The notes under the pieces were generated by a model that ran no database searches, was not told the DNA's origin, and was given only the letters and a program-made list of their open reading frames with translations. Positions 38,140 through 51,293 of a DNA stretch of 64,000 nucleotides are shown here, in pieces (position 1 is the stretch's first letter; each line of letters begins with the position of its first letter). The stretch is taken from positions 158,906,001-158,970,000 of the forward strand of contig OX597817.1 in the NCBI GenBank assembly GCA_951406725.2, in the 5' to 3' direction. The DNA comes from Octopus vulgaris. Its lineage: Eukaryota. The position numbers were made by a program, and so were the translations under genes.

Positions 38140-38617
38140 CTATATGAAAAGGAATAGGAGACATAAGAAGAAAGAAAGAAAGAAATAAAGAAAGAGGAAT
38201 AGAAAATGAAAAAGGAGTGCTAGATGTTGGTCAAGATATTGTGAGGAGGTGGGGAGAGGAGAGCTATCAGTAGATAAAAGGAATAGGTGGAGGGATAGAA
38301 GGAAGAGATAAGAATGTAAGGAAGGAATATGTGTGAGAAGTGGGAGGTGAGGTGATGTGTTTGAAAGGCATTAAGGTGGAGAGATAGGTAAAGAAAATGG
38401 TACAGGGGTGGGGTACTAAAAGTTAGTTGTAAACCACAAAAAGGAAGGGAAGAATGATAAGATATAATGGTCAAGTTTCTAAAAATAGACGTAGGCGTTT
38501 ATTGTACTAGCTAAAGTGATAGTGGGGTGGAGGTGATGAATCAGTGACAGAAAGAAAAATATGTATATAAATATATGCAAACACACCCACATATTTATGT
38601 GTACCTATACATATATG

Positions 38618-38683
<66 letters not shown>

Positions 38684-38899
38684 TATGCATACATATATAT
38701 ATATACACTACACATATATACATACATATACATACATATAACTTTATAAATGTATTATTAAACAATTAAAAAATTAAAATTAAAAATTGAAAAGTTAAAA
38801 AAATTAAGACATTGGTAAGTCAGATTAGGTTGGAGATTACCTAAGAGGCATTTGGTATATTACTGTGTGGTGATTTGGGTTGCATTTAGATCTGTGGTA

Positions 38900-39320
38900 A
38901 AATTTAAAGGTATGAAAAAAGCAGTGGTTGCATGTACCTGGGGCCTCATTATACTTATCTAATAGCATTGAGGAATTGTGTTATAATATGTGGAATGCCT
39001 CTTTTAGGCATAACTTACAGGCTGAGTGTTAACCCTGGTATGGAAGCCCTGAATCTATTATGGACCATGACAAGTTATATGGAATATTCCTATTTTTGAA
39101 ATGTATGTGACTGGCAAGTGTTGTGGATTTACTGTGTTTCTTATATTTAAAAGAACTGAGATGTGAAGTATATCGTTGTTTAAAATTTATAGTTGACTCT
39201 ATATATATGGTTGTAGGATTGTGTAGCGTGTTGAGGATGGTGCATTTGTAAATTATGTCAGACCTTCTGCAACAGGTTTCTAGAGAACAAGTGGTCCCAG
39301 GGCGGCAGTTACATGGTAGT
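38900..39320 (-). mobile_element. Penelope-like element GIY-YIG endonuclease remnant, copy 1
   Basis: PCNCRPGTTCSLETCC..DIIYKCT...IYIESTINFKQRYTSHLSSF...WSII...PY..*.CKLCLKE...LLDK..E...CNH, with stops. Confidence 0.85.
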
Positions 39321-40097
39321 GAAATACTCTTTACTCTTTACTTGTTTCAGTCATTTGACTGCGGCCATGCTGGAGCACTGCCTTTAGTTGAGCAAATCAA
39401 CCCCAGGACTTATTCTTTGTAAGCCTAATACTTATTCTATCGGTCTCTTTTGCTGAACCGCTAAGTTATGGGGACATAAACATACCAGAATCAGTTGTCA
39501 AGCGATATATATATATATATCATATTAAATTAGAGATAAAACCACTATTAGGCAAATCATTCCCTAATATTATTATTACATATATATATATATATAAACT
39601 TACTTGGAAAAGGATGCGTGGCGTTCAATCATATAATAATAAAATAATTTATAAATGTATGCATATATACATACATATATGTACATACCTACATCTATAT
39701 GTATATACATGCATATATGGACATCAAAAAAACGTTGAACACAATTCGAAACGAAAACATAAAAACAAAAACATGGAAACGGACCATTTTTCAGATAACA
39801 AAAGAACAGAGTACAAGCCATACAATACAAGGAATATTCCCTCTTCTTCAGTTGTCCCTGTTTCGTCTACTCCACGTTTTCGAAAGTAAGGACAAGACCC
39901 GACTTCGTTGAAACAGTCCTTCCCGCAAAACAAATTAAATAAAATTTGGCATTTTTTGTGGAGGAGTAAAAATGGTAACAAGAATAAGTAAGAACAAAAA
40001 AGACCGTAAAGCAGTAAAACTAAAAACAGTAAAAGACAGTGTCGCATAACTGACACATTTAAAGCATTTAAAAGCACCCTTCAATTGTCAAGCAATA

Positions 40098-40775
40098 TGC
40101 TGTGCTTGTGAAGACCTGTTGAACCAAGTAAAATCATATCTGTGGCTGATGCCAGTGCCACATGACTGGCACCCATTCCAGTGGCACACAAAAAGCACCA
40201 TTCAAGCATGGCCAATGGCAGTGCCGCATGACTGGCACCCATGCGGGTAGCATATAAAAGGTACCATGCAAGCATGGCTGATGCCAGTGCTGCCCAACTG
40301 GCACCATGCTGGTGGCATGGAAAACACCATTTGAGCATGGCTGGTGGTATGTAAAAAGCACCATTTGAGCATGGCTGGTGGTATGTAAAAAGCACCATTT
40401 GAGCATGGCTGATGCCAGAACCACTTGACCGACATCCATGCCAGTGGCATGTAAAAAACACCATTTGAGCGTGGTCAATGCCAGTGCTGCCTGACCAACA
40501 CCATGTTAGTGGCACATAAAAAACACCATTTGAGCATGGCTGATGCCAGACCCACCTGACCGACATCCATGCCAGTGGCATGTAAAAAGCACCTACTACA
40601 CTCTGTGAGTGGTAGGCATTAAGAAGGGCATCCAGCTTTAGAAGCCTTGCCAGATTAGACTGGAGCCTGCTGCAGCCTCTTGACTTGCCAGTCCTCAGTC
40701 AAACCGTCCAACCCATGCCAGCATGGAAAGTGGACGTCAACTGACGACAATGATGATGATGATGATGATGATGAT
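40098..40775 (+). mobile_element. RTE-type tail with expanded internal unit array (duplicate 47088-47768)
   Basis: About eight AAAAAGCACCATTTGAGCATGG-type units before the core and (GAT)n. Confidence 0.8.
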
Positions 40776-41983
40776 ATATGTTTATATATATACATATATA
40801 CACACACACACATATATATATATACATATATATATATATACACACATATATATATATATATACATATATATATACATATATATATATACATACATACATA
40901 TACTTAAGTCCAGCATGGCCTTGACCATGATGACTAATACACTAAAGCTGTACATACACATAAAAACATACATACATACATACATACATACATACATACA
41001 TCATCATCATCATCATCATCATTTAGCGTCCGTTTTCCATGCTAGCATGGGTTGGACGGTTCTACTGGGGTCTGTGAAGCCAGAAGGCTTCATCACATAC
41101 ATACATATATCCACACACCTACACACACACACATGCACACAGAAATTAATGTAAATGCATAATGACACATGCATGTGTACACTTATACACCTACGTGCAT
41201 GCACCTGCATGCTCATTTACAATTGCATATCACATATCATGTAACACATATTCCTTTTGTTTCCCTTTAGTCACGGGTGATTTGTTCCCTCCTGTGTCAG
41301 ACCACATCATTGTCTACGAGATGGGCGGTTATTGACATCATAAAAGTCAGGCAATTATTCAACACCCTTACAGTGAAACAACATTATTTATAAATGGATT
41401 AGGAATATGACAGCCAGTCATTTATTATTGATCATAGATATGAAGAAGTACAATATTAACAACCAAGTGATAAATGGCACAAGTTTGTTACTTTTTGTTT
41501 TCTATTTTTTGTCTGGTGAACATGCAAAGTCGTTAGAGCATTGCAATAAAGTGCTTTGTTGTAATTATTCTGATTCTCTGTGGTCTGAGTTCAAACCCTG
41601 CCAAGATCAACTTTGCTTTTGTTTTTATAGGGTTGGTGTAACATGGAATATGATATGGTTGAAAGAAAGAACTGCAACAGAAGACTAGTTTGGCTGGTGT
41701 TGATGGAAGAACAAAAGTCTGTATTAAGTTCCGAATACAAAATCATCCTTTAACATCTGTTTTCCATGCTGGCATGAGTTGGACAGTTTGACAGAGCTGG
41801 TGAGCAAAAGAGCTGCCCAAGTTCCAATTGCCTGTTTTGGCATGGTTTCTATGGCTAGGTGCTTTTCCTAATGCCATCTGCTTTAGAGAGGAGTAGGTCC
41901 CTAGTGTAAGGGTACCTTCCTACCACTCTCTCTCCCAGTATCAAAATCCTTGTAAAAGGTCATGGGTAAAGACTTATTTCCTG

Positions 41984-42290
41984 GAGTGGAGGCACATGGC
42001 CTAGTGGTTAGAGCAGTGAACTCGTGGTTGAGGGATCACGGGTTCGAATCTCAGACCGGGCGATGTGTGTGTTTATGAACGAAACACCTGAGCTTCACTC
42101 GGCTCCGGCATAAGGTAATGGCGAACCTCTGCTGACTCTTTCACCATAACTTTCTCTTACTCTCTCCTCCTGCATCTTGCAGCTCACCTGCAACGGACTG
42201 GTGTCCCGTCCAGGTGGGGAACCTATACGCCAAGGAAACCGGGAAACCGGCCCTTATGAGCCAGGCATGGCTCGAGAAGGAACAAACAAA
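41984..42290 (+). mobile_element. tRNA-derived SINE (GTGGAGG head), V-domain-like 3' module, 12-bp TSD
   Basis: A box TGGCCTAGTGG, B box GGTTCGAATC, CCTGCAACGGACTGGTGTCCCGTCCAGG segment. TSD ACTTATTTCCTG at 41972-41983 and 42291-42302. Confidence 0.85.
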
Positions 42291-43166
42291 ACTTATTTCC
42301 TGAATAAAAGACAAAAATTTATAGCAAAACCTGTATCTCAAAGACAGTTCTTTCTTTTTAGTTAGTGAAATTCTTGATGTATTTCCCATTAGAATGCTGT
42401 TCTGGCATCTTTGGTGGAGGAGATGCTATCAAGGCAAACATGCTGGACAACATCCAAATATAAGTTATCAAACTGATTAACAGCCTTTCACCCACTTATG
42501 TCATGTGTCCTGGTAATTAGATTGGTGGGTTTGCAATCATAAGATTGTGGTTTCAAATCGTAGATAAGGTGGCACAGCTTGTCCTTGTGCAAAACACTTT
42601 ATTTTGTGTTACTCCAGTCATGCAACTAAAGTTAGTACCAGTCAAGAACTGGTGCAGCTTTCTCTCCTTTTAAGCTATCAATCACACCCTGGATGTTTCA
42701 CTAGATCAAGGGCAGAAGAGTTGAGAGGGAATTTGTGATTAAATAGACACTTAAAACAATTCCCCAAACGATGCTACATGCTACCCTGTCACCCTTGATT
42801 CTGAGTGGCAGCCATAGTTTTAGCTTAACCTGCACTGCACAAATTAAAAATGACCCACAAGGTGATAATGTAACACACTAATCATATGTAAATCATTTCT
42901 TGTAACCATTTTCTATTGTCACTAAAAATAAAATGTGTGTACTATGTCATTTGAAATGTGAAGAATTCTGGAAAGTATTCCATTATCAAAAACAAGTTAA
43001 CTCAGCTGCTATGTCTCAAGTGTACATGCACAGTACCAAGTGTGGAGGCACAATGGCCCAGTGGTTAGGGCAGCAGACTCGCGGTCGTAGGATCGCGGTT
43101 TCGATTCCCAGACCGGGCGTTGTGAGTGTTTATTGAGCGAAAACACTTAAAGCTCCATGAGGCTCC

Positions 43167-43266
43167 NNNNNNNNNNNNNNNNNNNNNNNNNNNNNNNNNN
43201 NNNNNNNNNNNNNNNNNNNNNNNNNNNNNNNNNNNNNNNNNNNNNNNNNNNNNNNNNNNNNNNNNN
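43167..43266. other. Assembly gap (100 N)
   Basis: Run of N. Confidence 1.
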
Positions 43267-44190
43267 TCTAGGCAAGTAGAACGTAGGATATCGAGAGAGG
43301 GGTAATGCATGGTGAAATAGCGTATTGAAGAGGGGGTTCAAAGAGTAGACACCTATAATGGTGGTGGGGGGTGCAGAAATATAGGGGAGCACCAGTGGGA
43401 GGGGTGGTTCAGAGGACAGGTTCTAGGCAAGTAGAACGTAGGATATCGAGAGAGGGGTAATGCATGGTGAAATAGCGTATTGAAGAGGGGGGTTCAAAGA
43501 GTAGACACCTATAATGGTGGTGGGAGAAACGACATCCGGTATAGTTGGAGCAAAATAGAGATATCCGGTATTGGTGGTGGGGGTGGGTAGGGAGGGGGCG
43601 CCGCGAAGAATCGGCAGCCAATTTCTAATCAGCCCTGTAAGGGAGATAGATCTTAAATATCTATAACGATTACTAGTGAATTATACAGAATATGCAAAAA
43701 CGAGGCGAGGCTGAAATAGTAAACAGAGTGGCGACTAGGGGGAACAGAATAATAATAATTAATAAATAATAATAATAAATAGAGATACGGATGAATTAAA
43801 GTTCAAAGATTTCTTATCTTGGGATCACTTCGTTTACGGACAGACTTGGCAAAAGGAATTCGGAATCAAGAATGAGGCAGGTTACTAGCTTAAGTATGCA
43901 TAGCCATGGAGTAGGAAGAGAGGAGTCCAGACAGACAATGTAAAAAGAGGGGGAGAGAAGGGAAGAGAACCCCGCGAAGAATCGGCAGCCAATTTCTATC
44001 AGCCCTGTAAGGGAGATAGATCTTAAATATCTATAACGATAACTAGTGAATTATACAGAATATGCAAAAATGAGGTGAGGCTGAAATAGTAAACAGAGTG
44101 GCGACTAGGGGGAACAGAATAATAATAATTAATAAATAATAATAATAAATAGAGATACGGATGAATTAAAGTTCAAAGATTTCTTATCTT
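43267..44190. repeat. Unclassified purine-rich segment with two internal direct repeats
   Basis: ~103-bp repeat at 43267 and 43422; ~220-bp repeat at 43601-43820 and 43972-44190. Confidence 0.8.
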
Positions 44191-45117
44191 ATTACGGAGA
44201 TGTACTTGCATAGCAAGAAATTTGATCCAAGATCATGTGCTGAAACACACACACATACATATTGGTTTGGTCATGGGATGTGTATGGATGAGGACAGCTG
44301 CATAAAAAAAGTGCCAATCATTAATTGTGAAGGGAACCTGTGGAAGGGGTAGAGCCAGGAAGATATGTGAATAAGGTGGTGAGAAAGGAGCCTCACTGAT
44401 GAGTTAACGAGGCCCTGAGACTTCTGCTGATTTGTTGTGCTTGAGATGACATATCAAGCTAAGTAAAACTATAGCTATCCATGCATACAGGTAGGACCTT
44501 TACAGCCTGTATCAGTGCCAAGTAAAAACACTTTAGTGCTGATTCCATATAAGAAGCACTTGTGCAGGCACCACATAGTGAGCACTCATGCCAGTGCTAC
44601 GTTAAAAGCACCCATACAGGTGCCACATAAAAAAGCAAACTGCACATTCTGTAGAGTGGTTGGCATTAGGAAGGGCATCCAGCCATAGAAACCATATCAA
44701 AACAGACAAATGGAGCCTGATCAGATCTCCAGCTGGCTAGCTACTGTCAAACTGTCCAACTCCATGCCAGCATGGAAAGCAGGCATTAAATGATGATGAT
44801 GATAAAGAATATATACATACATATATATATATATAGTGTTAGAATGAGCATAAAAAAATATATTGAAAACGATAGATGCATTTAAACATACTATTTCAAG
44901 AAATCTATAATTAGACATCATTCATCAGTGTCTCTCCATGGAGAGATACTGAGTAATGCTAATTGCCTAATTATAGATGAGAATATAACAGGATGTCTAA
45001 ATCGACTTAAAGTGCAGGTATCCTTTCATATATATATTTATATTTGTTTATACATACATACATATATGTATATATAAATATATGTGTGTGTGTGTGTGTG
45101 TGTATTTTTCCTTTTGT

Positions 45118-45148
<31 letters not shown>

Positions 45149-45879
45149 CTATATGAAAAGGAATAGGAGACATAAGAAGAAAGAAAGAAAGAAATAAAGA
45201 AAGAGGAATAGAAAATGAAAAAGGAGTGCTAGAGGGTGGTCAAGATATTGGCAGAGTGGTGAAGAGGAGAGCTATCAGTAGATAAAAGGAATAGGTGGAC
45301 GGATAGAAGGAAGAGATAAGAATGTAAGGAAGGAATATGTGTGAGAAGTGGAGGTGAGGTGATGTGTTTGAAAGGCATTAAGGTGGAGAGATAGGTAAAG
45401 AAAATGGTACAGGGGTGGGGTACTAAAAGTTAGTTGTAAACCACAAAAAGGAAGGGAAGAATGATAAGATATAATGGTCAAGTTTCTAAAATAGACGTAG
45501 GCGTTTATTGTACTAGCTAAAGTGATAGTGGGGTGGAGGTGATGAATCAGTGACAGAAAGAAAAATATGTATATAAATATATGCAAACACACCCACATAT
45601 TTATGTACCTATACATATATGCATAGATATATATATATATACATACATACATACACACACACACATATATATATATATATACACATATATACATATATAT
45701 ATATACATACATATAACTTTATAAATGTATTATTAAACAATTAAAAAATTAAAATTAAAAATTGAAAAGTTAAAAAAATTAAGACATTGGTAAGTCAGAT
45801 TAGGTTGGAGATTACCTAAGAGGCATTTGGTATATTACTGTGTGGTGATTTGGGTTGCATTTAGATCTGTGGTAAAATT

Positions 45880-46297
45880 TAAAGGTATGAAAAAAAGCAG
45901 TGGTTGCATATACCTGGGGCCTCATTATACTTATCTAATAGCATTGAGGAATTGTGTTATAATATGTGGAATGCCTCTTTTAGGCATAACTTACAGGCTG
46001 AGCGTTAACCCTGGTATGGAAGCCCTGAATCTATTATGGACCATGACAAGTTATATGGAATATTCCTATTTTTGAAATGTATGTGACTGGCAAGTGTTGT
46101 GGATTTACTGTGTTTCTTATATTTAAAAGAACTGAGATGTGAAGTATATCGTTGTTTAAAATTTATAGTTGACTCTATATATATGGTTGTAGGATTGTGT
46201 AGCATGTTGAGGACGGTGCATTTGTAAATTATGTCAGACCTTCTGCAACAGGTTTCTAGAGAACAAGTGGTCCCAGGGCAGTAGTCACATGGTAGTG
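45880..46297 (-). mobile_element. Penelope-like GIY-YIG remnant, copy 2
   Basis: ORF 46005-46205 TIYIESTINFKQRYTSHLSSFKYKKHSKSTTLASHI. Confidence 0.85.
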
Positions 46298-46543
46298 AAA
46301 TACTCTTTACTTGTTTCAGTCATTTGACTGTGGCCATGCTGGAGCACTGCCTTTAGTTGAGCAAATCAACCCCAGGACTTATTCTTTGTAAGCCTAATAC
46401 TTATTCTATCGGTCTCTTTTGCTGAACCGCTAAGTTATGGGGACATAAACATACCAGCATCAATTGTCAAGCGATATATATATATATATATATTATATTA
46501 AATTAGAGATAAAACCACTATTAGGCAAATCATTCCCTAATAT

Positions 46544-46594
<51 letters not shown>

Positions 46595-47805
46595 TACTTG
46601 GAAAAGGATGCGTGGTGTTCAATCATATAATAATAAAATAATTTATAAATGTATGCATATATACATACATATATGTACATACCTACATCTATATGTATAT
46701 ATACATGCATATATGGACATCAAAAAAACGTTGAACACAATTCGAAACGAAAACATAAAAACAAAAACATGGAAACGGACCATTTTTCAGATAACAAAAG
46801 AACAGAGTACAAGCCATACAATACAATATTCCCCTTCTTCAGTTGTCCCTGTTTCGTCTACTCCACGTTTTCGAAAGTAAGGACAAGACCCGACTTCGTT
46901 GAAACAGTCCTTCCCGCAAAACAAATTAAATAAAATTTGGCATTTTTTGTGGAGGAGTAAAAATGGTAACAAGAATAGTAAGAACAAAAAGACCGTAAAA
47001 GCAGTAAAACTAAAAACAGTAAAAGACAGTGTCGCATAACTGACACATTTAAAGCATTTAAAAGCACCCTTCAATTGTTAAGCAATATGCTGTGCTTGTG
47101 AAGACCTGTTGAACCAAGTAAAATCATATCTGTGGCTGATGCCAGTGCCACATGACTGACACCCATTCCAGTGGCACACAAAAAGCACCATTCAAGCATG
47201 GCCAATGGCAGTGCCGCCTGACTGGCACCCATGCGGGTAGCATATAAAAGGTACCATGCAAGCATGGCTGATGCCAGTGCTGCCCAACTGGCACCCATGC
47301 TGGTGGCATGGAAAAAACACCATTTGAGCATGGCTGGTGGTATGTAAAAAGCACCATTTGAGCATGGCTGGTGGTATGTAAAAAGCACCATTTGAGCATG
47401 GCTGATGCCAGAACCACTTGACCGACATCCATGCCAGTGGCATGTAAAAAACACCATTTGAGCGTGGTCAATGCCAGTGCTGCCTGACCAACACTGATGT
47501 TAGTGGCACATAAAAAACACCATTTGAGCATGGCTGATGCCAGACCCACCTGACCGACATCCATGCCAGTGGCATGTAAAAAGCACCTACTACACTCTGT
47601 GAGTGGTAGGCATTAAGAAGGGCATCCAGCTTTAGAAGCCTTGCCAGATTAGACTGGAGCCTGCTGCAGCCTCTTGACTTGCCAGTCCTCAGTCAAACCG
47701 TCCAACCCATGCCAGCATGGAAAGTGGACGTCAACTGACGACAATGATGATGATGATGATGATGATGATATATGTTTATATATATACATATACACACACA
47801 CACAC

Positions 47806-47880
<75 letters not shown>

Positions 47881-49152
47881 CATACATATACTTAAGTCCA
47901 GCATGGCCTTGACCATGATGACTAATACACTAAAGCTGTACATACACATAAAAACATACATACATACATACATACATACATCATCATCATCATCATCATC
48001 ATCATCATTTAGCGTCCGTTTTCCATGCTAGCATGGGTTGGACGGTTCTACTGGGGTCTGTGAAGCCAGAAGGCTTCATCACATACATACATATATCCAC
48101 ACACCTACACACACACACATGCACACAGAAATTAATGTAAATGCATAATGACACATGCATGTGTACACTTATACACCTACGTGCATGCACCTGCATGCTC
48201 ATTTACAATTGCATATCACATATCATGTAACACATATTCCTTTGTTTCCCTTTAGTCACGGGTGATTTGTTCTCCTGTGTCAGACCACATCATTGTCTAC
48301 GAGATGGGCGGTTATTGACATCATAAAAGTCAGGCAATTATTCAACACCCTTACAGTGAAACAACATTATTTATAAACGGATTAGGAATATGACAGCCAG
48401 TCATTTATTATTGATCATAGATATGAAGAAGTACAATATTAACAACCAAGTGATAAATGGCACAAGTTTGTTACTTTTTGTTTTCTATTTTTTGTCTGGT
48501 GAACATGCAAAGTCGTTAGAGCATTGCAATAAAGTGCTTTGTTGTAATTATTCTGATTCTCTGTGGTCTGAGTTCAAACCCTGCCAAGATCAACTTTGCT
48601 TTTGTTTTTATAGGGTTGGTGTAACATGGAATATGATATGGTTGAAAGAAAGAACTGCAACAGAAGACTAGTTTGGTTGGTGTTGATGGAAGAACAAAAG
48701 TCTGTATTAAGTTCCGAATACAAAATCATCCTTTAACATCTGTTTTCCATGCTGGCATGAGTTGGACAGTTTGACAGAAGCTGGTGAGCAAAAGAGCTGC
48801 CCAAGTTCCAATTGCCTGTTTTGGCATGGTTTCTATGGCTAGGTGCTTTTCCTAATGCCATCTGCTTTAGAGAGGAGTAGGTCCCTAGTGTAAGGGTACC
48901 TTCCTACCACTCTCTCTCCCAGTATCAAAATCCTTGTAAAAGGTCATGGGTAAAGACATATTTCCTGGAGTGGAGGCACATGGCCTAGTGGTTAGAGCAG
49001 TGAACTCGTGGTTGAGGGATCACGGGTTCGAATCTCAGACCGGGCGATGTGTGTGTTTATGAACGAAACACCTAAGCTTCACTCGGCTCCAGCATAAGGT
49101 AATGGCGAACCTCTGCTGACTCTTTCACCATAACTTTCTCTTACTCTCTCCT

Positions 49153-49350
49153 CCTGCATCTTGCAGCTCACCTGCATCTTGCAGCTCACCTGCATCTTGC
49201 AGCTCACCTGCATCTTGCAGCTCACCTGCATCTTGCAGCTCACCTGCATCTTGCAGCTCACCTGCATCTTGCAGCTCACCTGCATCTTGCAGCTCACCTG
49301 CATCTTGCAGCTCACCTGCATCTTGCAGCTCACCTGCATCTTGCAGCTCA
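49153..49350. repeat. Perfect 18-bp tandem array (CCTGCATCTTGCAGCTCA)x11 inside a SINE
   Basis: 198 bp = 11 units. A single unit at 42168-42185 in the other copy. Confidence 0.97.
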
Positions 49351-50205
49351 CCTGCAACGGACTGGTGTCCCGTCCAGGTGGGGAACCTATACGCCAAGGA
49401 AACCGAGAAACCGGCCCTTATGAGCCAGGCATGGCTCGAGAAGGAACAAACAAAACTTATTTCCTGAATAAAAGACAAAAATTTATAGCAAAACCTGTAT
49501 CTCAAAGACTGTTCTTTCTTTTTAGTTAGTGAAATTCTTGATGTATTTCCCATTAGAATGCTGTTCTGGCATCTGTGGTGGAGGAGATGCTATCAAGGCA
49601 AACATGCTGGACAACATCCAAATATAAGTTATCAAACTGATTAACAGCCTTTCACCCACTTATGTCATGTGTCCTGGTAATTAGATTGGTGGGTTTGCAA
49701 TCATAAGATTGTGGTTTTAAATCGTAGATAAGGTGGCACAGCTTGACCTTGTGCAAAACACTTTATTTTGTGTTACTCCAGTCATGCAACTAAAGTTAGT
49801 ACCAGTCAAGAACTGGTGCAGCTTTCTCTCCTTTTAAGCTATCAGTCACACCCTGGATGTTTCACTAGATCAAGGGCAGAAGGGTTGAGAGGGAATTTGT
49901 GATTACATAGACACTTAAAACAATTCCCCAAACGATGCTACATGCTACCCTGTCACCCTTGATTCTGAGTGGCAGCCATAGTTTTAGCTTAACCTGCACT
50001 GCACAAATTAAAAATGATCCACAAGGTGATAATGTAACACACTAATCATATGTAAATCATTTCTTGTAACCATTTTCTATTGTCACTAAAAATAAAATGT
50101 GTGTACTATGTCATTTGAAATGTGAAGAATTCTGGAAAGTATTCCATTATCAAAAACAAGTTAACTCAGCTGCTATGTCTCAAGTGTACATGCACAGTAC
50201 CAAGT

Positions 50206-50593
50206 GTGGAGGCACAATGGCCCAGTGGTTAGGGCAGCAGACTCGCGGTCGTAGGATCGCGGTTTCGATTCCCAGACCGGGCGTTGTGAGTGTTTATTGA
50301 GCGAAAACACTTAAAGCTCCATGAGGCTCCGGCAGGGGATGGTGGTGATCCCTGCTGTACTCTTTCACCACAACTTTCTCTCACTCTTACTTCCTGTTTC
50401 TGTTGTACCTGTATTTCAAAGGGCCGGCCTTGTCACTCTCTGTGTCACGCTGAATATCCCCGAGAACTACATTAAGGGTACATGTGTCTGTGGAGTGCTC
50501 AGCCACTTACACGTTAATTTCACGAGCAGGCTGTTCCGTTGATCAGATCAACCGGAACCCTCGTCGTCGTAACCGACGGAGTGCATCCAACAT
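50206..50593 (+). mobile_element. tRNA-derived SINE (GTGGAGG head), 3' module C
   Basis: TGGCCCAGTGGTTAGG...GGTTTCGATTCCC head; tail ends CCCTCGTCGTCGTAACCGACGGAGTGC. Confidence 0.8.
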
Positions 50594-50709
50594 CCTGACA
50601 ATTGTTTGTTTTACAACATTGAAGAATTACATCCTCACTTTTTGAAATGCAATTCATGGTGGCTATTTATATTGTGAGTTTTCTCTAGTAAATCAATTTT
50701 CGAGAACTC

Positions 50710-51293
50710 ATGGATAGATAAAAAATTCGTGTTATTTATGAATATGACTTCTGTCATGGAGCCAATGTATCACAGACAGCTCAAAACATCAATGTGATGT
50801 TTGGTGAAGATGTGGCAAATGAGTGCACTGTATATTGATGATTTGAGAAGTTCTGGTCTGGTGACTTTACTCTTGAAAATCAACCCCACAGTAGACCTGA
50901 GACCAAGGTGGATAATGATGAGCTAGAAAGTGTAGTGGAAGTGGATACATCTCAAACTATGCATGAATTAGCAGCAATGTTTGATGTTTTGTTTCCAACT
51001 GTATTGAACCATCTGAAACAAATCAGCAAGGTAAAGAGGCTGGACAAATGGGTACCAGACGAACTGAACAAGCATCAAAAGACATATCATCTTGAAAGTT
51101 GCTGTTCTTTGCTGTCATGGCATAAAAGCAAATCATTTTTGTCTCATATTGTTACGTGTGATGAAAAGTGGATTCTTTTCAACAATAGCAAGCATTCTGT
51201 ACAGTGGTTGGATAGAGACGATGTACTAAAACATAATCCAAAAAAGAAAATTCACCAAAAAAAAGCTAATGGTGTCTGTTTGGTGGTCCAGTG
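50710..51293 (+). pseudogene. Mariner (Hsmar1/SETMAR-like) transposase remnant
   Basis: MDR*KIRVIYEYDF...FEKFWSGDFTLE...KVKRLDKWVPDEL...IVTCDEKWILF...(frameshift)LMVSVWW: WVPHEL-like and first catalytic-D motifs, with in-frame stops and truncation. Confidence 0.92.

Larger units (their letters stand above)
37186..43166 (+). repeat. ~6-kb duplicated block, copy 1 (ends at assembly gap)
   Basis: Colinear and near-identical to 44191-50330. Confidence 0.95.
44191..50330 (+). repeat. ~6-kb duplicated block, copy 2
   Basis: Colinear with 37186-43166. Differs by SNPs, small indels, microsatellite lengths and an 18-bp array. Confidence 0.95.

Noticed and set aside
39811-39860. Minus-strand CTGAAGA-AGAGG..CCTT hairpin resembling a hammerhead
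   Set aside because: No GAAA or stem III follows.
40098-40600. Repeat-spacer appearance of AAAAAGCACCATTTGAGCATGG units
   Set aside because: The 'spacers' are homologous to each other. Eukaryotic retroposon tail, no cas genes.
41271-41393. Possible exon after a polypyrimidine-AG
   Set aside because: No recognisable peptide, and the duplicate copy has a frame-breaking indel.
41986-42062. tRNA-like sequences here and at 43043, 48970, 50206 and 56500
   Set aside because: These are SINE heads: no proper acceptor stem, and they continue into repeat bodies, with a TSD in at least one case.
49079-49553. MQVSCK/GELQDA/ILQLTC repeat ORFs, or a CRISPR-like array
   Set aside because: Perfect 18-bp tandem with no spacers, inside a SINE and absent from the duplicate copy.
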